From Candidatus Limnocylindrales bacterium (GTDB lineage: Bacteria > Chloroflexota > Limnocylindria > Limnocylindrales > CSP1-4): a stretch of DNA of 64,000 nt. This document shows, in pieces, positions 53,974-62,311 of the stretch. The stretch spans positions 356 through 64,355 of the forward strand of contig JANWLH010000124.1 of the NCBI GenBank assembly GCA_025450915.1, in the 5' to 3' direction. Every line of letters starts with the position of its first letter. The stretch's first letter is position 1. The notes under the pieces are model-generated. The model was not told the DNA's origin. It worked only from the letters and a program-made list of their open reading frames with translations, and did no database searches. A program made the translations under genes and the position numbers.

Positions 53974-54331
53974 CCGACTGAAGTCGCGTCTTGTCACGAA
54001 GGCCGGCGAGGTCAGGTCGGCCGGAGCTGCAGGCACGGGCCGCGTGTGACGAGGAGGAGAACCCCCATGCCGGGTCCAGCCTCACGGGCAGGGCGTGCCC
54101 AACGCCACGCCAGCTCCTCGCTTCGCCAGGTTGGGACGAATGTCGCCACCGGACGCGCTACATCCGGAATCGGGCATCGGGAGCTCGCGACGGCTCGGCC
54201 CGTCTGGCCTCCACGCACGGATCCGGCCGCAAACGGCGTCCGGAGGGCGGAATCCGGCTCGACTTTGGGCCTAGTGCGTCTGCCAGCGACGATCGTCCGA
54301 AGTCGCGGCCCGGCGGCCAGGGAGGCGCCTC

Positions 54332-55063
54332 TTACGTCGGGCTGCCGCCGCGAACGAGCTCGAGCATTCGGCGGCCGTTGGCCTCGGCCGCGTTGCCGTC
54401 GAAGACGGCGCTGCCGGTGACGATCACATCGAGGCCGAGGCCGGCGAGATTCGAAACATTGGCCATCGTCACCCCGCCGTCGACGCCGACCGCGATTCGC
54501 CGGCCGGAGCGGTCAATCAGCTCGCGGACCCGTTCGATCCGGCCGAGCGTCCCAGGGATGAATGCCTGGCCGCTCCAGCCCGGGTCGATCGCCAGCACGA
54601 GGACGTATTCGATCTCGTCGAGGAACGGCTCGATTTCCTCGACCGGCTGGCTCGGGCTGAGGCCGATCCCGCGGACGAGCGGGCGGTCGGAGCCGCCGCG
54701 GGCGTGCAGGTCCTTCAGGGCCGTGAAGACGCGATGCGGATGGCCGGCCCGCTCGATGTGGACGGTGACGATGTCGGCACCCGCGGCCAGGATCGGCTCG
54801 ATCTTCGCCAGCGGGTCATCGACCATCAGGTGGACGTCTCGGAGGAGCGCGGGCCCGATCGCCTTGACGATCGGCGCGCCGACCGTGAGCTGCGGGCAGT
54901 AGACCCCGTCCATGACGTCGACATGGACGAGCTCGGCGCCGATCCGCCCGAGCAGTGCGACCTCCTCGCCGAGCCTCGCCAGGTCAGCCGTCAGGATCCC
55001 GATCGAGGGTCGCGGACCGCCCTCGAGCAGCCAGTCCACTCCCCCGCTGGGGCGTTCGGTCAC
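54332..55063 (-). CDS. Ribulose-phosphate 3-epimerase-family protein
   Basis: 243-aa ORF. Blocks [22 protein letters not shown] and GVDGGV are typical of Rpe/AlsE-type epimerases. The start overlaps the upstream gene's stop. Confidence 0.85.
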   Translation of the reverse strand: MTERPSGGVDWLLEGGPRPSIGILTADLARLGEEVALLGRIGAELVHVDVMDGVYCPQLTVGAPIVKAIGPALLRDVHLMVDDPLAKIEPILAAGADIVTVHIERAGHPHRVFTALKDLHARGGSDRPLVRGIGLSPSQPVEEIEPFLDEIEYVLVLAIDPGWSGQAFIPGTLGRIERVRELIDRSGRRIAVGVDGGVTMANVSNLAGLGLDVIVTGSAVFDGNAAEANGRRMLELVRGGSPT

Positions 55064-55953
55064 GCCGGGCTGGCCGTCGCCGCCGCCGCCAGGGTCTCGA
55101 ACAGATCGAGGGCCAGCTTCGGGGTCAGCCCGTCGTGGACGACCCCGTTGATCGCCGCGAGCATCGCCGCCGGGGCGTCGGTCTGGAAGATGTTCCGGCC
55201 CATGTCGACGCCGGCCGCGCCCTGGTCGATCCCCTCGTAGGCCATCGTCAGCGCCTCGAGCTCGGGCAGCTTCTTGCCACCGGCCATCACGATTGGCACC
55301 GGGCAGCCCGCGGTGACCTTCTCGAAGCCCTCCTCGCAGAAGTAGGTCTTGACGACCTGCGCGCCGAGCTCGGCGCAGATCCGGGTGGCCAGGCCCAGAT
55401 AGCGCGAATCGCGGGTCAGCTCGCGGCCCACGGCCGTCACGCCGAGGACGGGCATCCCGACCTTCAGGCCGGCATCGACGAGCTGGGTCATGTTGTGGAC
55501 CGTGCGGGTCTCGTTCGGACCACCGACGAAGACCTGCACGCCGACGCCCGCCGCATTGAGCCGGACGGCATCGTCGATGCTCATCGCGATCTCCTCGTCG
55601 CTCAGCTCGCGCAGGATCGACGGCCCGCCGGAGGCACGCAGGACGACCGGCGCGGACATGCTCGCCGGGATGCTCGATCGGAGGATTCCCCGGGTGCAGA
55701 ACAGTGCGTCGACCGATCCGACCAGCGGGGCGATGTCGACGTCGACCCGCTCGAGGCCACTGGTCGGACCCTGGAAGTACCCATGGTCGATCGCCAGCAT
55801 CACCGTCCGGCCGGTCGCCGGCCGGAAGATCCGGGCCAGCCGGTTCTGCATCCCCCAGTCGTAGGCCCCCGAGCCCTTCAGGAAGAACGGCTCATTACGG
55901 GCCGGCTGGGAGAGATGGAAGTCCTTGCGGTCGAGGGAATCAGCTTCGGGCAT
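55060..55953 (-). CDS. lsrF: LsrF-like class I aldolase-fold enzyme (3-hydroxy-5-phosphonooxypentane-2,4-dione thiolase family / DhnA-FbaB type)
   Basis: 297-aa ORF. Blocks [76 protein letters not shown] and VDMGRNIFQ match E. coli LsrF as I recall it. Confidence 0.8.
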   Translation of the reverse strand: MPEADSLDRKDFHLSQPARNEPFFLKGSGAYDWGMQNRLARIFRPATGRTVMLAIDHGYFQGPTSGLERVDVDIAPLVGSVDALFCTRGILRSSIPASMSAPVVLRASGGPSILRELSDEEIAMSIDDAVRLNAAGVGVQVFVGGPNETRTVHNMTQLVDAGLKVGMPVLGVTAVGRELTRDSRYLGLATRICAELGAQVVKTYFCEEGFEKVTAGCPVPIVMAGGKKLPELEALTMAYEGIDQGAAGVDMGRNIFQTDAPAAMLAAINGVVHDGLTPKLALDLFETLAAAATASPA

Positions 55954-55962
55954 CGTGGATCC

Positions 55963-57522
55963 TCACAGGGCGCCGGCCGGCCACCACATCGGGCGGGCAA
56001 GGCCGGCTTCGGATAGCTCCAGCACGCGCTGGTAGATGGACGACCAGCGCTCGAAGAGGCCGGCGTAGGTGGCGACATTGGCGGCATCCGGCTCGATCGG
56101 ATCCTCGAGGCGGACGATCCGCTCGAGCGCCTCGGGCAAATCCCGGTAGAGACCTGCGCCGAGGCCGGCGAAGATCGCCGCCCCGAGCGCCGTCGATTCG
56201 GTGACCGAGGCGACCCGGACGCGCAACCCGGTCACGTCCGCGACGATCTGCGGCCAGAGCCGGCCGCGCGATGCCCCGCCGGTGAAGATCACCTCGTCGT
56301 AGGTCGTCCCGGTCAGCTCCTCGATGATCTTGAGGTGGCCGCGGGTGGCATAGGCCGCCTGCTCCTCGATCGCCCGGATGCAGGCCGCCCGGCCCGTTGC
56401 CGCGGGATCGTCGACATCGAACTGGATGAACGACGGGCTGGCCTGGACCCAGCGCTTCGCGTTCATGACGTTCGAGAAGATCGCCACGAGGCCGTTGGCA
56501 CCGGCCGGCGTCCCGGCGGCCAGCTCCTCCATGACGGTGTATGGATCGACGCCCCGGCGGAGCGCCTCGGCCCGTTCCGGATCGCAGAACGCGTCCCGGA
56601 ACCAGCGCATGGCGATCCCGCAATAGAAACCGATCCCCTCGGTCATCCATTGCCCCGGCACCGCGTGGCAGAGCGTCCGCAGGCGGGCATCGGGATCGAT
56701 CAGGGGACGGTCGGTCACGATGGTCAGCTGCCAGAAGCTGCCGCCGAGGAGCGCGAGCCGGCCCGGGCCGCCGACGCCGATGCCGACGAGCCCGAGCTGC
56801 GTATCGGCGCCGCCCACGACCACCGGCGTCCCGGTGGCGAGGCCGGTCTCGTCGGCCGCGGCGGCGGTCAGCCCGCCGACGACCGAGCCCGGCTCGAGGA
56901 CCTCCGGCACGATCGAGGCGGGCAGGCCCACCAGGTCGAGGACGTCGGTCGACCAGGTCCGGCTGGCGAGGTCGAAGAGGTTCGAGCTCGAGCCGGCCGA
57001 CGGGTCGGTAACGAACCGGCCGGTGAGCCGGTACAGAACCCAGTCCGAGAGCATCCCCATGTGGGCGATCGCCTTGAAGGTCTCCGGTTCGTGATTGCGG
57101 ATCCACCAGAAGCGGGCCGGTGAGGTGATCGAGACCCAGTCGCCGGCGACGCCGTAGATCTTCTCGGCGATGCCGGCCCGGACCAGCTCGTCGGCCTCGC
57201 TCGACGCCCGCGAATCGACGTTCGGGCAGGCCCAGATCTCGCGACCATCGGCGTCGTACAGGACCATCCCCTCGCGCATGCTGGTCGCCGAGACGGCCTT
57301 GATGTCCGACGGCGCAAGCCCGCTGGCCTGGAGCGCCTCGCGGACACAGGCCGCGATGAGCGGCCAGTTCCGACTCGTGTCGAACGACTGCGACCCGGGC
57401 ACGCCGGGCACCGGCGGGTGCGACCATTCGCGCTGGCTCGTGGCGATCGGCCGGCCGTCGAGGTCGAAGACGAGCGCCCGGCAACTGCCGGTGCCGATGT
57501 CGATCGCCAGGGTGTGGCTCAT
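55963..57522 (-). CDS. lsrK: FGGY-family carbohydrate kinase, LsrK-like (autoinducer-2 kinase family)
   Basis: 519-aa ORF. Blocks AIDIGTGSCRALVFDLDG, VPGVPGSQSFD, SATSMREGMVLYDADGREIWACPNVDSRA, VVVGGADTQLG and IAMRWFRDAFC match E. coli LsrK as I recall it. Confidence 0.82.
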   Translation of the reverse strand: MSHTLAIDIGTGSCRALVFDLDGRPIATSQREWSHPPVPGVPGSQSFDTSRNWPLIAACVREALQASGLAPSDIKAVSATSMREGMVLYDADGREIWACPNVDSRASSEADELVRAGIAEKIYGVAGDWVSITSPARFWWIRNHEPETFKAIAHMGMLSDWVLYRLTGRFVTDPSAGSSSNLFDLASRTWSTDVLDLVGLPASIVPEVLEPGSVVGGLTAAAADETGLATGTPVVVGGADTQLGLVGIGVGGPGRLALLGGSFWQLTIVTDRPLIDPDARLRTLCHAVPGQWMTEGIGFYCGIAMRWFRDAFCDPERAEALRRGVDPYTVMEELAAGTPAGANGLVAIFSNVMNAKRWVQASPSFIQFDVDDPAATGRAACIRAIEEQAAYATRGHLKIIEELTGTTYDEVIFTGGASRGRLWPQIVADVTGLRVRVASVTESTALGAAIFAGLGAGLYRDLPEALERIVRLEDPIEPDAANVATYAGLFERWSSIYQRVLELSEAGLARPMWWPAGAL

Positions 57523-58577
57523 CGAGACGGCCCGCCGAGCGAGGCGAGGGCCGCGCGGTTGGCGACATTGACCAGCGGCTGGCCCTCGAGGAAGCGCCTG
57601 ACCTCGGCGGCAGCCAGGCGGCCGCCCGTCTCGAGCGTATCGACAGTCGCGCCGCCGATATGGGGCAGGACCACGACGTTGGGCAGGCCCACGAGCGGGT
57701 GGGCCGCCCCCGCGACCCGGCCGGTTGCCACGTCGACTGCGGCCCCGGAGAGGTGCCCGGCGACGAGGGCGTCGTGCAGTGCCGCTTCGTCGACGAGCTC
57801 CGCCCGGGCCGTGTTGACGAGCGTTGCGCCGGCCTTCATCTGGCCAAACCTCCGAGCGTCGAAGAGGCCCCGGTTATCGTTCCCGAGCCGGGCGTGGATC
57901 GAGACATGATCCGCCTCGCGAAGCAAGGCGTCGAGGCCGGCCGGCTCGGCGCCACCCTCGCGGACGAGGTCGTCGGCCATGTACGGGTCATGGGCCAGGA
58001 TGCGCATCTCGAACGCGGCGGCCCGCGCCGCGACCCGCCGGCCCACCTGTCCGAACCCGATCAGCCCGAGGGTATGGCCGGCCAGGTCGTGGCCCAGCCA
58101 GCGGGCTCCCTCGTAGTTGTCGAGGGCGAACTCGCCGCCGCCGTCGATCCAGCGAATCGCATCGACCGCCCGGCGGGCGAGCAGCACGAGGCAGGCAATC
58201 GTCAGCTCGGCGACTGCGTTGGCGTTCTTGCCCGGCGTCGTCACGACCGGGATCCCCCGCTCGGCGGCAGCCTGGAGGTCGATGTTGACCGGCCCGCCGC
58301 GGGCGACGGCCACGAGCCGGATCGGGGCGGAGTCGAGAACCGCGTCGGTGACCGGCGCGCCCTGGACGACGAGGATCTCCTGCCCGTCCAGCCGGGCGAT
58401 CACCTGTTCCGGCGATCCGAGGACCTCGGAGATCCGCCGCTCCGACGGCGTTTCCGGCCGCCAGCCGGGCTCGTCCTCGAGGTCGTCGAATTCGACCGAC
58501 GCACCGTCCAGGCGGGCGAACGCGGTGCGGAAGCGCTCGCTCGGGCAGTAGCTGTCACCCAGGACGAGGATCCGCAT
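57519..58577 (-). CDS. D-isomer-specific 2-hydroxyacid dehydrogenase-family protein (PGDH/PdxB-like), NAD-binding
   Basis: 352-aa ORF. Blocks GLIGFGQVGRRVA, HVSIHARL, LVNTARAELVD and VLPHIGGAT. The start overlaps the upstream gene's stop. Confidence 0.9.
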   Translation of the reverse strand: MRILVLGDSYCPSERFRTAFARLDGASVEFDDLEDEPGWRPETPSERRISEVLGSPEQVIARLDGQEILVVQGAPVTDAVLDSAPIRLVAVARGGPVNIDLQAAAERGIPVVTTPGKNANAVAELTIACLVLLARRAVDAIRWIDGGGEFALDNYEGARWLGHDLAGHTLGLIGFGQVGRRVAARAAAFEMRILAHDPYMADDLVREGGAEPAGLDALLREADHVSIHARLGNDNRGLFDARRFGQMKAGATLVNTARAELVDEAALHDALVAGHLSGAAVDVATGRVAGAAHPLVGLPNVVVLPHIGGATVDTLETGGRLAAAEVRRFLEGQPLVNVANRAALASLGGPSR

Positions 58578-59290
58578 CAGGCCGCCGGCCCCTGGCCATA
58601 GGTGGCGTTCGGCCCGTGCTTGCGGGCGTGGTGGCGCTCGAGGAGCTCGCCGGCAATGGGGCCGGGATTGCCGGCCAGGGCCAGGGTGTCGATCGCGATC
58701 CCGGCCACCATCTCGAGGGCAATCGCGTTCGTGACGGCCGCCTCGGGGCTCGGACCCCAGGCGAAGACGCCGTGGTCGCTGACCAGGATGCCGGGCACGT
58801 CCATTGGGTTGATCGGCCCCTCGTGGAAGGTCTCGACGATCACCCGGCCCGTGGCCGCCTCGAAGTCGCCGCCGATCTCCCCGGCGGTCATCGAGCGAGT
58901 CACCGGGATCGCCCCGTGGAAATGGTCGGCGTGGGTCGTCCCGAGGCAGGGGATCGAGCGATGCGCCTGGGCCCAGGCCGTCGCCGCGCGGGAGTGGGTG
59001 TGGATGATGCCCTCCGTGGTGGGAAACGCCCGGGCCAGGACGAGATGCGTGGGCGTGTCCGACGACGGCCGGGTCCGCCCGGCGACGACCTCGCCCGTCT
59101 CGAGCGCCACGACAACGATGTCGTCGAGCGTGAGCGCCGTGGCCGGAATGCCGCTCGGCTTGATGGCCATCAGGCCGGCGGCCCGGTCGATCGCGCTGGC
59201 GTTGCCGAATGTCAGGGCAACGAGGCCGGCCCGCTGCAACGCGCGATTGGCCTCGAGAGCCGACTCTCGCAGGCGGTCCAGGTCAGACAT
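58577..59290 (-). CDS. Class II aldolase/adducin-family protein, L-ribulose-5-phosphate 4-epimerase-like (AraD/SgbE/UlaF type)
   Basis: 237-aa ORF. Blocks TFGNASAIDR, IKPSG, SSDTPTHLVL, IIHTHSRAATAWAQA, GTTHADHFHG and RKHGPNATYGQ are nearly collinear with E. coli AraD as I recall it. Confidence 0.88.
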   Translation of the reverse strand: MSDLDRLRESALEANRALQRAGLVALTFGNASAIDRAAGLMAIKPSGIPATALTLDDIVVVALETGEVVAGRTRPSSDTPTHLVLARAFPTTEGIIHTHSRAATAWAQAHRSIPCLGTTHADHFHGAIPVTRSMTAGEIGGDFEAATGRVIVETFHEGPINPMDVPGILVSDHGVFAWGPSPEAAVTNAIALEMVAGIAIDTLALAGNPGPIAGELLERHHARKHGPNATYGQGPAA

Positions 59291-59338
59291 CGTGCGTCAA
59301 CCCCCGGTCATCGATCAGGAATCCAAGCCTCCACGGAG

Positions 59339-59366
59339 TTGCAGCATACGACAAGAACATGCGCAA
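59339..59366. promoter_or_regulatory. Imperfect inverted repeat TTGCaGCAT-N11-ATGCGCAA, candidate operator in the lsrK-operon/sorC divergent region
   Basis: 8-bp arms with one bulged base, in a locally AT-richer stretch between the AraD-like gene (start 59290) and the SorC-type regulator gene. Confidence 0.3.
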
Positions 59367-59428
59367 GCGTCAATGCCCGGTGGCCGAATCGGCCCCGCGA
59401 TCCTGTAGGATGGCCGCCATTGAGCCTG

Positions 59429-60412
59429 ATGAGGGGAACACCGAGCGTGCGAGCGAGACTTGATCGAGCCCCGGTCGACGCACAGTCACTCGACCTGTTG
59501 ATCGAGCTCGCGACGCGCCACTACCTCCAGGGCAGCAGCCAGATCGAGATCGCCCGCGATCTCGGGCTCGATCCGTCGACGATCTCGCGCTACCTCAAGC
59601 GCGCCCGCGACGAGGGCATCGTCAAGATCGACATCGTCACCCCGATCCGGCCGAACGTCGAGCTCGGGCTGCGCCTGGCCAGCGAGTTCGGCCTCGACCG
59701 GGCGGTCGTCACCGAGCTGCCACCCGATGCCGGGGCGGACCCGATGGAGATCGTCGCCCGGGCCGCCGCCGAGTTCATCTCCGACCAGCTCCGGCGCGGC
59801 AGCCGGGTGGGGATCGGCTGGGGCCAGACGATCGCGGCCGTCGCCCGCCACCTCGACCCGGGAGTCGTCGGCGAGCTCCAGGTCGCCCAGCTGGCGGGTG
59901 GGCTGGCCGACGCCGCGCCAGGAACGCAGGGTCACGAGCTGGCCAGGCGGCTGACCGAGATCTACCCCGACAGCCGGGTGACCTACCTGCACGCGCCGTC
60001 GATCGTCGACTCAGCGGCGCTGTGCGATGCCCTGCTGGCCGATCGGTCGGTCCAGGCAGCCCTGGCCACCGCGGCCCGGAGCGAGATCGCCCTCGTCGGG
60101 ATCGGCGACATGACCCCCAACGCGACGCTCCTCGCGGCCAGCCATATCCTCGGCGATGACCTCGGCGAGCTCCTGGCCCAGGGTGCGGTCGGGAGCATGA
60201 ACTCGCGCTTCTTCGACGTAGACGGCCGGCCGGTCGAGCACCTCGACCGGCGGACGATCGCCAACGAGTGGGCGGACCTCGCGGCGATCCCCCAGGTCAT
60301 CGCGATCGCCGCGGGCTCGGCGAAGGCCATCGCGATCCGGGCCGCGATCCGCGGCGGGACGATCAACGTGCTGATCACCGACGAGGGAACCGCCGAGGCC
60401 ATCCTGGCCTGA
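59429..60412 (+). CDS. SorC/DeoR(Bsu)/LsrR-family sugar-binding transcriptional regulator
   Basis: Lies in ORF 58616..60412. The start is ATG 59429 or GTG 59447. The HTH is QGSSQIEIARDLGLDPSTISRYLKRARDEGIVKI, followed by a sugar-phosphate-binding domain (IGWGQT..., ALVGIG..., VIAIAAGSAKA...LITDEGTA). Confidence 0.85.
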   Translation: MRGTPSVRARLDRAPVDAQSLDLLIELATRHYLQGSSQIEIARDLGLDPSTISRYLKRARDEGIVKIDIVTPIRPNVELGLRLASEFGLDRAVVTELPPDAGADPMEIVARAAAEFISDQLRRGSRVGIGWGQTIAAVARHLDPGVVGELQVAQLAGGLADAAPGTQGHELARRLTEIYPDSRVTYLHAPSIVDSAALCDALLADRSVQAALATAARSEIALVGIGDMTPNATLLAASHILGDDLGELLAQGAVGSMNSRFFDVDGRPVEHLDRRTIANEWADLAAIPQVIAIAAGSAKAIAIRAAIRGGTINVLITDEGTAEAILA

Positions 60413-60436
60413 GAGCCGCCCCGGGCAGGCCCGTCG

Positions 60437-60904
60437 CTACGAGCGGGGCAGCGTGCCCCCGACCGATCGAGCGTCGAGTGCCTTGATCTTGTCGACCTTG
60501 CGCGTCGAGCCCCCGCCCTGGAATTCGGCGACGAGCCAGTGGTCGACGATGATCCGGGCAACCTCCGGCGCGACCACCCGCGAGCCGAGGCACAGCACCT
60601 GGGCGTCGTTCGACATCCGGGCCCGCTCGGCGGAATAGGGGTCCGCGACCGAGGCCGCCCGGACGCCGGGGATCTTGTTGGCGGTGATCGCCATCCCGAT
60701 CCCCGTGCCACACACGAGAATCGCCCGGTTGAAGATCCCGGCGGCGACCGCTTCGGCGACCTCGATCGCCACGTCGGGGTAATCGACCGGCGTGTCGTCG
60801 TTGACGCCGTAGTCGACGACCTCGTGGCCGGCCGCCTCGAGATGCGCCTTGACGGCGTCTTTGAGGGGCAATCCGAGGTGGTCGGCGCCGACGGCGATCT
60901 TCAT
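60437..60904 (-). CDS. RpiB/LacA/LacB-family sugar-phosphate isomerase
   Basis: ATG 60904 overlaps the stop of the TIM-like gene (ATGA). Blocks MKIAVGADHLG, ILVCGTGIGMAITANK and NDAQVLCLG. Confidence 0.9.
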   Translation of the reverse strand: MKIAVGADHLGLPLKDAVKAHLEAAGHEVVDYGVNDDTPVDYPDVAIEVAEAVAAGIFNRAILVCGTGIGMAITANKIPGVRAASVADPYSAERARMSNDAQVLCLGSRVVAPEVARIIVDHWLVAEFQGGGSTRKVDKIKALDARSVGGTLPRS

Positions 60905-61665
60905 CGAATCCCTGCCTGTTGGGGTGCCGGCGTGGCCCGGGCGATGGCAGCGAACCCGAGAGGATCGAGCCCGTGGCGGCCGATGAACAACCCGTCCACG
61001 CCGGGCTCGGCCAGCAGGCGCGGAGCACTGGCCGCGTCCACGCTGCCACCGTAGATGATTCGTGATCGGTTGGCTCCAGTGCCGCCGAGCCGTTCGGCGA
61101 TCGCCCGGTGAATGTGGCCGACACGATCGGATGGCGCCGGCCGGCGGCCCTCGCCGATCGCCCAGATCGGCTCGTAGGCGATCACGACCCGGCCCAGGTC
61201 GGCGGTGACGACCCCGTCCAGGCACCGCCCGATGTCGGCCATGACCGCCGGGATCGCCACCTCGACCGGCGCCTCGTCCGGCTCGCCCGTGCACAGGACG
61301 ACGTCCATGCCGACGCCGAGGATCGCCCGGACCTTGGCCGCGATCATCGCCGGGTCCTCTCCGTGGTCCCGGCGCCGTTCCGCATGGCCGACCTCGACGT
61401 AGCGACAACCGAGGTCGGCCAGCATGGCCGCCGAGACATCGCCGGTGTGCGCCCCGTTCGCGAAGGGGCTGACGTCCTGGGCGCCCCAGGCGATCCCCGA
61501 CCCGGCCAGCCGCTCGCGGGCCAACGCCAGCGCGGTGAACGGCGGCAGCACGAAGAAGTCCACCCAGGGCAGCTCCCCCGCCAGGGGCCGGAATGTCGAG
61601 AGCCAGTGATCGGCCTCGGCGAGCGTGAGGTTCATCTTCCAGCTCGTGCCGATCAATGCCGCCAC
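60901..61665 (-). CDS. Triosephosphate isomerase-family protein (paralogue-type, TpiA2/EryH-like context)
   Basis: GTG 61665 lies 1 nt after the dhaL stop. Blocks GTSWKMN, GAHTGD, VEVGHAERR, IAYEPIWAIG and IYGGSV. Confidence 0.88.
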   Translation of the reverse strand: MAALIGTSWKMNLTLAEADHWLSTFRPLAGELPWVDFFVLPPFTALALARERLAGSGIAWGAQDVSPFANGAHTGDVSAAMLADLGCRYVEVGHAERRRDHGEDPAMIAAKVRAILGVGMDVVLCTGEPDEAPVEVAIPAVMADIGRCLDGVVTADLGRVVIAYEPIWAIGEGRRPAPSDRVGHIHRAIAERLGGTGANRSRIIYGGSVDAASAPRLLAEPGVDGLFIGRHGLDPLGFAAIARATPAPQQAGIR

Positions 61666-61666
61666 G

Positions 61667-62311
61667 TCAGCCCTCCGCCGGGCCGAGGGCGCTCGCGACC
61701 AGGGCGTGGACGATGATCGCCAGCGATGCCGCGCCGGGGTCGATCGTCCCCTTGCTCTGCTCGGCGTGCCGCGCGGAGCGCCCGATCCGGGCTTCGAGCC
61801 CGGCGGTCGCGTCGGCTCCGGCCTGGGCGGCCGCATCGGCGGCGGCCAGCCCATCCCGCAACGAGCCACCTGACCGGGCCGTTGCCTCGAGCGCGGCAGC
61901 TGCCGGCAGCAACGCATCGAGGACCGTCTTGTCGCCTGGACCGGCGCCCAGCCCGCTCGTTGCGACCGCAGCCCGCTCGATCGCCGACGCGAGGAGCTCC
62001 AGCTGTCCGGCGCCGCCAACCGCGTCGGGACCCTCGCGCAGGCGGCCGGCGATCGCCAGCAGCCCGCGGCCGTAGATCGCGCCGATCGCGCCACCCGCGC
62101 CGGCCATCCCGATCGCCGCGGCCCGGACCAGGACCTCCGGGTCGTCTGACGCGACCCCTTCGAGCTGGGCGCGCACGCGCCGCGCACCGATCGTCATTGT
62201 CACACCGTGGTCCCCGTCGCCGCTCGCAGCATCGAGCAGGCAGAGCGCTTCGCGCGCCTCCTCGATCGCGTCGGCGGCGTCCAGGATCGCCGACCGCAGG
62301 CTCGCACTCAT
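61667..62311 (-). CDS. dhaL: Dihydroxyacetone-kinase family, nucleotide-binding subunit (DhaL)
   Basis: ATG 62311 overlaps the dhaK stop (ATGA). Blocks LDAASGDGDHG, GAIGAIYG, PGDKTVLDAL and GRSA. Confidence 0.88.
   Translation of the reverse strand: MSASLRSAILDAADAIEEAREALCLLDAASGDGDHGVTMTIGARRVRAQLEGVASDDPEVLVRAAAIGMAGAGGAIGAIYGRGLLAIAGRLREGPDAVGGAGQLELLASAIERAAVATSGLGAGPGDKTVLDALLPAAAALEATARSGGSLRDGLAAADAAAQAGADATAGLEARIGRSARHAEQSKGTIDPGAASLAIIVHALVASALGPAEG

Noticed and set aside
52081-54036. 651-aa minus-strand ORF opposite the ATPase and GH140-like genes
   Set aside because: It is antisense to genes with Walker and GH-type motifs. Only its first ~80 codons fall in the unassigned spacer, and they show no recognisable similarity.
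54067-54420. 117-codon ORF behind a strong Shine-Dalgarno in the unassigned spacer
   Set aside because: The product is extremely Arg-rich, third-position GC is lower than in real genes here, and it overlaps the 3' end of the Rpe-like gene. It is reported only as part of the spacer finding, not as a gene.
54332-60412. Interpretation as a complete Lsr autoinducer-2 uptake and quorum-quenching locus
   Set aside because: No LsrACDB-type transporter and no LsrG-like small ORF are present in or next to the operon, and the accompanying genes are catabolic epimerases and a dehydrogenase. Only the enzyme-family calls are retained.
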